Positions 58,370-64,000 of a stretch of 64,000 nt of DNA are shown in pieces. Location: NCBI GenBank assembly GCA_041690135.1, contig JAWLHY010000011.1:96001-160000 (forward strand), read 5' to 3'. The position numbers were made by a program, and so were the translations under genes. Positions within the stretch are counted from its first letter, which is position 1; every line of letters begins with the position of its first letter. Source of the stretch: Armatimonadota bacterium (lineage in GTDB: Bacteria > Armatimonadota > SYMT01). Under the pieces are notes generated by a model. The model saw only the letters and a list, made by a program, of their open reading frames with translations. It searched no databases and was not told the DNA's origin.

Positions 58370-58903
58370 ATGGACTACCAGAAGCTTCAGCGTTGGATGG
58401 GATTGGGTCTGGGGGCGCTGGCCCTCAGTGGAATGACGATGGCAGTGACTTGCAAGGCCATGGCCGAAGGGGAAGGTGTGCTCCAGGCACCGGACACGGC
58501 CCAGGCGGAGCGCCCGTTCCCTCCCGGCGGTGAAGGCGCGTTCGGGGGTGGTCCCGGTGGACAGGGTGGGTTCGGCGGCCCCGGCGGATTTGGGGGTCCG
58601 GGTGGCCCGGGCGGGTTCGGAGGGCCGGGCGGCCCCGGCGGACCGCCACCGTTCATGATGGGCGGTGGGGCTGCCATGACGGCCAATGCGAATACCGTAT
58701 TTGTGCTGCGCGGCAACACCATCATCGCGCTGGACGCCAAGACGCTGAAGCAGACCGCGAAGGCGGAACTCCCTCCGATGGAATTCGGCCCCGGCGGCCC
58801 CGGTGGGCGCCAAGGGTTCGGCGGCCCGGGTGGGCCCGGCGGGCGCCCCGGATTCGGCGGACAGGGGCGGCCGGGAGCCCCGCGCGACGGCGGTAACGAG
58901 TAA
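58370..58903 (+). CDS. Small secreted Gly/Pro-rich protein
   Basis: GGAG RBS, signal peptide, GGPGGF repeats flanking a short beta segment. Confidence 0.65.
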   Translation: MDYQKLQRWMGLGLGALALSGMTMAVTCKAMAEGEGVLQAPDTAQAERPFPPGGEGAFGGGPGGQGGFGGPGGFGGPGGPGGFGGPGGPGGPPPFMMGGGAAMTANANTVFVLRGNTIIALDAKTLKQTAKAELPPMEFGPGGPGGRQGFGGPGGPGGRPGFGGQGRPGAPRDGGNE

Positions 58904-58928
58904 AGCCAACACCCAGCCGAGGGTTCTC

Positions 58929-58960
58929 CGGGGGCGGGCGGGGAGGACCGCCCGCCCCCG
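58929..58960. terminator. GC hairpin after the Gly-rich gene
   Basis: CGGGGGCGGGCGG...CCGCCCGCCCCCG stem; no strong U-tract. Confidence 0.4.
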
Positions 58961-59069
58961 TGCTTGTCAATGGGCTTGTCAATGGGAGTGTAAGAACGGG
59001 TGGATGCGGGAAGAACAGCCCGTTGGGCCGCGAAGAGCCGCGGTTCAGAGTTCCGGACACTCCACCCCG

Positions 59070-59522
59070 ATGAGCTTCTTTGGCCTCCCACTCGATGCCC
59101 CCGAGCCTTCCGACGACCCTCTTGAAGCGCGCGAGCAGGAGATGCTCGACCATCTGGCCGACAGCGACACCCCCCTGCAGGTGCGAGTGCTGGACCGGCA
59201 AGGAGTGCCGGTGGTGGCGCCCATGGGAGAGGTCGACGCCTATACGGTCGATGCTTTCCGCGAGCGAGTGATGGAAGTTGTCGGACGCCAACCGTCCGCG
59301 GTAGTGATCGACCTGAGTGCGGCCAGCTACCTCGATTCCACGGGAATGGCCGTGCTGCTCCAGGCCGCGCGGTTGCTTCCCCAGGCGATCGTGGTGGTGA
59401 GCCCGCGGCCTCGCGTAACGCGCTTGTTCGAAGCGACTGGGCTCGCCCGGTGCGTGAGGGTTACTCGTACCTTACCCGAGGCCCTGGGCCTCTGCGCCCA
59501 GGGCGGACAGGGCCAACCGTAG
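59070..59522 (+). CDS. STAS-domain anti-sigma factor antagonist
   Basis: GEVDAYT...F, VVIDLS...YLDSTGM, V.RLFE.TGL. Confidence 0.85.
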   Translation: MSFFGLPLDAPEPSDDPLEAREQEMLDHLADSDTPLQVRVLDRQGVPVVAPMGEVDAYTVDAFRERVMEVVGRQPSAVVIDLSAASYLDSTGMAVLLQAARLLPQAIVVVSPRPRVTRLFEATGLARCVRVTRTLPEALGLCAQGGQGQP

Positions 59523-61880
59523 CTCGTCCAAGCGGGCAAGGACCGCATCCAGCGCCTGGGGCAATGCCTGCCGCTGCCCTTCGCGGGCGCGCAGTTCGAG
59601 GTGGTATGCGGCCTCCTGGGCTGCCGGCGCATGGAAGGTCGCCACAGTCCCCTTGAGCGTGTGAGCCAACGCTTCCACCGCTTTCAGATCTCCCTCTCTT
59701 ACCGCGTCCCGAAGGGACCGTTCGAAGCGCGGGCATTCTTCCCGGAACAGGTCGATCAACTCCGCGAGTAGGTCCTCGTCATCCTCATATTGCGCCTGGA
59801 GTGCAGGGACGTCGAGTGTTCTCACCGGCATTGTGGGCTCGGATCTCCCGATGCCGGCGGGTTGATAGGGCCGCAGGCCCCCCAGGACCTCAAACAGTGC
59901 ATGTGCCTGGACGGGTTTGCAGATGAATGCATCCATCCCGGCCTCCAGGCACTTCTGACGGTCCTCGGGCAGGGTGTGAGCAGTAAGCGCCACGATCGGC
60001 AGGTGGCTTCCGGTACCGGCCTCTCGTTCCCGCAGCCGTCGGGTTGCTTCCAGCCCATCCATTTCCGGCATTTGCACGTCCATAAGCACGAGATCGAACC
60101 GGTGCTCAGCTATCGCCGCGAGGGCTTCTACTCCGGTCACGGCCACTTTAACGGAGTGACCGTGCTTCTCGAGAAGACGGGTGATCAACTTTTCATTGAT
60201 GGCGTTATCCTCGGCAAGCAGGATGCGCAATGGCGGTGGGGAGGCATTCTGTCGTCCTGCGGTGCCCGACGGGGAAGGGCGATCCGGCGTTCCTCCATCC
60301 GCCTGGCGCAGCCGGCATGTAAAGTGGAAGGTGCTTCCGCGCGCCGGCTCACTTTCCACCCAGAGCCGCCCGCCCATCATCTGGACCAGCTGCTGCGAGA
60401 TCGCCAGCCCCAGTCCCGTCCCGCCATATTGGCGGGTCGTGGAGGCATCCGCCTGGGAGAAGGCTTCGAAGATGAGTGCTAGTTTCTCACCAGGGATGCC
60501 GATGCCGGTGTCGGCAATCCGGAAATGGAGGTGAGCTTCATCATCCAGCAGGCGGGGGAACGCCGGGGCCGTATCTCGATCGGCGACAGCGGCCGCCGGC
60601 GCGACTTCGAGGTGGATTGTGCCCACATGGGTGAACTTGACGGCATTCCCGGCCAGGTTCAGCAGTACCTGCCGCAGCCGGGTAGGATCACCGACGACGG
60701 CAGTCGGCGTGTCGGGGGAGATTCCCCAGGTGAACGCCACTCCCTTCTGGCGAGCCCGCACCACCAGCGGCTGCACCGTCTCCTCGAGCAACTCCCGCAG
60801 ATCGAAGGAAACGTTTTCGAGGTCTAGCTTGCCCGCTTCCATCTTGGAGAAATCCAGGATGTCATTGATGATGGCCAGCAGCGTATCGGCCGAGGCCTTG
60901 ACCATCGTGAGATACTCGCGCTGCTCCGCCGTAAGCTCGGTGTCCAGCGCCAGTTCCGTCATGCCGAGGATGCCGTTCATCGGCGTGCGGATCTCGTGGC
61001 TCACGTTCGCCAGAAATTCACTCTTCGTGCGGCTGGCCATTTCGGCGGCATCCTTGGCCGCCTGGAGCTCTTGTTGAAACCGCTTTCGCTCGGCGATGTC
61101 GCGCGAGATCACGATGATGATCGTGCGGCCCTCGTCATCCGTGGCGGTACTGCCGACCGCCTCCAGCACGCGCCAGGTGCCGTCGCGGTGTCGGAACCGG
61201 AATTCCTGGAGCGCCGAACCCTTCTCGTTCGCCAGAGCCCGTCCCAGCCCGGCCTCCAGGACGGGCTGGTCCTCTGGATGGACGAATTCGCGACAGTTGC
61301 TCCCGATCAACTCTTCCGGGGCATAACCCAGCATGGGCCGGATCGCCGGGCTCTCATACAGAATAGTGCCGTCCGGGCGAAGGAGTGTGATGACGTCGCT
61401 GGCATTCTCTACCAGTGAGCGAAATCGTTCCTCACTGACCCGAAGCGCCTGCATCAGCCGCGCGTTGTCGAGGGCGGCGCCTTCTTGACTTCGGCGCCAG
61501 GCCCGCAGTTCCAGTTCGGAGAGGGCGCCGGCGGCCAGTTCCGTCACCGCCTCACGCGCCTCCGTCCGCAGGGGAACGCCTCTTCCCGGCCAGACGAGGA
61601 TGCGGCCGACGGTTGAACCGGTATACAAGAGGGGGATCGAAAGGGGCACCGGAACCTCGCGGGTGGCCGGCGTCCCCGGCGGGTGGCCCACTTCCGCCAG
61701 CACCCGTTCGCCAGCGTCGGTCGTCCACAGCAGGCGCAGGTGGTGCGCATCCAGTAAGCTTGCCGCTACGCGCAGCGTGCGCTCCCATAAGGGCCGGGCC
61801 CCTGCGTCCAGTGCAGTCGCATGAAGGGTCGTGAGGGCCGGTCGGCCGGTGGACTGGCTGGCGCACAAAGAAGAAGTCAT
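59472..61880 (-). CDS. Hybrid sensor histidine kinase (GAF-like, PAS, HisKA, HATPase, REC, Hpt)
   Basis: [55 protein letters not shown]. Confidence 0.93.
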   Translation of the reverse strand: MTSSLCASQSTGRPALTTLHATALDAGARPLWERTLRVAASLLDAHHLRLLWTTDAGERVLAEVGHPPGTPATREVPVPLSIPLLYTGSTVGRILVWPGRGVPLRTEAREAVTELAAGALSELELRAWRRSQEGAALDNARLMQALRVSEERFRSLVENASDVITLLRPDGTILYESPAIRPMLGYAPEELIGSNCREFVHPEDQPVLEAGLGRALANEKGSALQEFRFRHRDGTWRVLEAVGSTATDDEGRTIIIVISRDIAERKRFQQELQAAKDAAEMASRTKSEFLANVSHEIRTPMNGILGMTELALDTELTAEQREYLTMVKASADTLLAIINDILDFSKMEAGKLDLENVSFDLRELLEETVQPLVVRARQKGVAFTWGISPDTPTAVVGDPTRLRQVLLNLAGNAVKFTHVGTIHLEVAPAAAVADRDTAPAFPRLLDDEAHLHFRIADTGIGIPGEKLALIFEAFSQADASTTRQYGGTGLGLAISQQLVQMMGGRLWVESEPARGSTFHFTCRLRQADGGTPDRPSPSGTAGRQNASPPPLRILLAEDNAINEKLITRLLEKHGHSVKVAVTGVEALAAIAEHRFDLVLMDVQMPEMDGLEATRRLREREAGTGSHLPIVALTAHTLPEDRQKCLEAGMDAFICKPVQAHALFEVLGGLRPYQPAGIGRSEPTMPVRTLDVPALQAQYEDDEDLLAELIDLFREECPRFERSLRDAVREGDLKAVEALAHTLKGTVATFHAPAAQEAAYHLELRAREGQRQALPQALDAVLARLDELRLALSALGAEAQGLG

Positions 61881-62060
61881 GGGGTACGCGCGGACTCTGA
61901 ATGGAAAGTAAACCTCTGCGGGAATGGGACGCACAGGATTCCCATGTACAGCTTTCGGCCGCTTTTCCCCAAACCTCAAGGCCCTGCCCCGTTATACTCG
62001 TGCCCCTACACAGGCACTCCCCTTCGCGGCATTCTCCTCATGACCCCAAGGAGTCGCTGT

Positions 62061-63608
62061 ATGCCGAACACCCTGTTGTCTCTTCCCAGGTTTCTCGCCC
62101 TTTCCGGAACGGCTGTCGTCCTGATTACCGGTTTGCGGATCGCCTCGCAGTGCCGGGCCGCGCCGGCCGCTGCCCTGGAGCAGGCGCCGGCACTATCCGT
62201 AGGCCCCGCCCCCACCGCGAAGCCGGCCCCGCCCCCCGCCGACGCGCTGGACGTGACCGACTTCGGTGCTCTTCCGGCGGAAGGAGGCGACGACACCGCG
62301 GCTTTACAGAAGGCGTTCGATGCCGCGGACCGGCAGGGTCGTGACGTGTACCTGCCCCCGGGGCACTACGGGATCACCCGCACCCTCACCTTCCGGGCTA
62401 ATGGAAGGACGCTCTGCGGCGCGGGTCCGCGCTCCGTTCTCGCCGGGGATACGAACCGGATACCGTTGCTGCAACTCGATCACACCCTGCGCGCCACCAT
62501 CCGCGACCTGCGTTTCGAGGGGAGTCACGTCAACCAGCAGAACCAGAACGACAAGCCGGCCATCGACCTGGTGTCCGCCGCCGAGACGCGAATCCTGCGC
62601 GTCCACACCTTCGGGACCGGTTATCTGGCGCGCGATACCGGGGCGATGAAGACGACCCTGGAAGACTGTATCTGCGAGGACTACGGCCGCATTGGTTACC
62701 TGGTCGGCACCGGGGGCACGGCGCGGCGGTGCCGGTTCATCTGCCGGGATGATTGGAAGTTCGAGGGCCAGATGAACGGCATCTACGCCTCTGCCGGCAA
62801 GCGGGACATCCTGGTGGAAGAGAATGAATTCATCCACTGCGGGATGTATGCGATGACCCTCTGGGGCTCGCAGAGCGGCGTGTGGACGGAAAACATCACT
62901 ATCCGGCGCAACCGCTTCGACCGGTGCGAAAAGGGATTCGTCGTGGCCGCGGGCCCAAACGGCCCCCGGTACCGGAACGTGCGCTTCACCGGCAACGTGA
63001 TGCGCAACTCGGGCGAAAAAAGCATCCATGTCGGCAAGTTCAACGGCTCCACCGCGGATGGGACCGCGCTGCTGATCGAGGACAACGTGTTCGAGGACCC
63101 CGGCGCGGACATGAGCATCTTCCTCACCAACTGGGCCGAGAAGGCGCCGATCACCGGGGTGCGGATCAGCAACAACCGGTTCCTCTCCCCAGAGCGCTCT
63201 GCCTACAACGGTCTCTTCGTTTGGCAAGCGAAGCCGGAAGCCGAGCTTTCGGACGTGTTGATCGAGAAGAACCTGTTCAAAGACTTCGGTCACCACGCTC
63301 GCCAGGAGAAGGCGCATGCCGCCATCTATCTCAAGGCGGGTTCCCGGGTCACGGTTCGCGGCAACACCTTTCAGCCTTTCACCGGCGCGGGCGCCAGCCG
63401 CGACGTGGCTGCCGTGCGGGTCGACCCGGCCATGCGGAAAGCGGTCATCGAGGATAACCGTTTCCTCGGGAACGGTCGGGGCCGCTACTTCGCGGTTCAG
63501 GTCACCGGTAATGGTGCCGCCGGCTCCGTCTTCCGCAACAATACCCTGCGCAAGAGCCAGGTTGCACCCGCGGACATCGCCACCTCCGCCAACCGCACGG
63601 AGCCCTGA
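62061..63608 (+). CDS. Secreted right-handed beta-helix (pectate_lyase_3-like) protein
   Basis: DVTDFGA...DDTAALQKA..., VYLPPG.Y, parallel beta-helix I..N.F repeats; AAGGAG RBS. Confidence 0.8.
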   Translation: MPNTLLSLPRFLALSGTAVVLITGLRIASQCRAAPAAALEQAPALSVGPAPTAKPAPPPADALDVTDFGALPAEGGDDTAALQKAFDAADRQGRDVYLPPGHYGITRTLTFRANGRTLCGAGPRSVLAGDTNRIPLLQLDHTLRATIRDLRFEGSHVNQQNQNDKPAIDLVSAAETRILRVHTFGTGYLARDTGAMKTTLEDCICEDYGRIGYLVGTGGTARRCRFICRDDWKFEGQMNGIYASAGKRDILVEENEFIHCGMYAMTLWGSQSGVWTENITIRRNRFDRCEKGFVVAAGPNGPRYRNVRFTGNVMRNSGEKSIHVGKFNGSTADGTALLIEDNVFEDPGADMSIFLTNWAEKAPITGVRISNNRFLSPERSAYNGLFVWQAKPEAELSDVLIEKNLFKDFGHHARQEKAHAAIYLKAGSRVTVRGNTFQPFTGAGASRDVAAVRVDPAMRKAVIEDNRFLGNGRGRYFAVQVTGNGAAGSVFRNNTLRKSQVAPADIATSANRTEP

Positions 63609-63788
63609 CGTCTCCGGCGGCGTTTCCCGGCTGAAGAACGACGCAGATCTACGCCCCACCGGGGTGTACGAAGGGCACAGAGAGAATCGCGAAGGGTCTT
63701 TGGAGGATACTCCTCGTTTCGGTGGCGAATGGAGAGGGGGAGAGCGCTTGGGAGTAAACCCCATCCTCGTTGACCAGGAGTTTGACCG

Positions 63789-64000
63789 ATGCTGAAGTGG
63801 AGTTTGGGCCTGGCGACCCTGATGGTTGCCAGTGCGGCGTTTGCGGCCGACGTAAAGATGACCGGGGTTCACAACTGCTGCGGCGGTTGTGCGATGAACA
63901 TCAAGTCCGTCCTCGAGAAGGCGGGCGCCACCAATATCAACGTGAATAAGGGTGATGTCAGCTTCGCGCACGAACAGCCCCGGATGGCAGTCCGCGCGCT
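63789..64000 (+). CDS. Secreted HMA-like metal-binding protein (truncated by window end)
   Basis: AGGAG RBS; MLKWSLGLATLMVASAAFAADVKMTGVHNCCGGC...; not in the ORF track because it has no stop within the window. Confidence 0.65.
   Translation, partial: MLKWSLGLATLMVASAAFAADVKMTGVHNCCGGCAMNIKSVLEKAGATNINVNKGDVSFAHEQPRMAVRA

Overview
This is a high-GC bacterial window with about 35 protein-coding genes. The gene content (PSD1/PSCyt and DUF1501 clusters, CotH/VTC, secreted orphans) suggests an Armatimonadota- or PVC-like lineage, which is inference only. I found no rRNA, tRNA or CRISPR array. Four observations stand out. (1) A 1561-aa NLR/Avs-like protein (9756-14441, minus strand) combines an N-terminal PD-(D/E)xK nuclease, a STAND-type P-loop NTPase, a near-identical 102-bp/34-aa tandem repeat array with hypervariable positions, and three C-terminal ribosomal-protein-S1-like domains. 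It is a candidate anti-phage sensor with an integrated decoy. (2) Three divergent PSD1 (DUF1553) paralogs each carry a related 246-282 bp in-frame segment at exactly the same motif, where homologues normally have only a few residues. (3) A rhodanese gene has an in-frame UGA followed by a SECIS-like hairpin and is probably a selenoprotein. (4) Intergenic DNA is dense with REP-like, heptamer/octamer and inverted-repeat elements, some enclosing decayed small nuclease genes. All product calls come from motif recognition by eye; no database searches were run.
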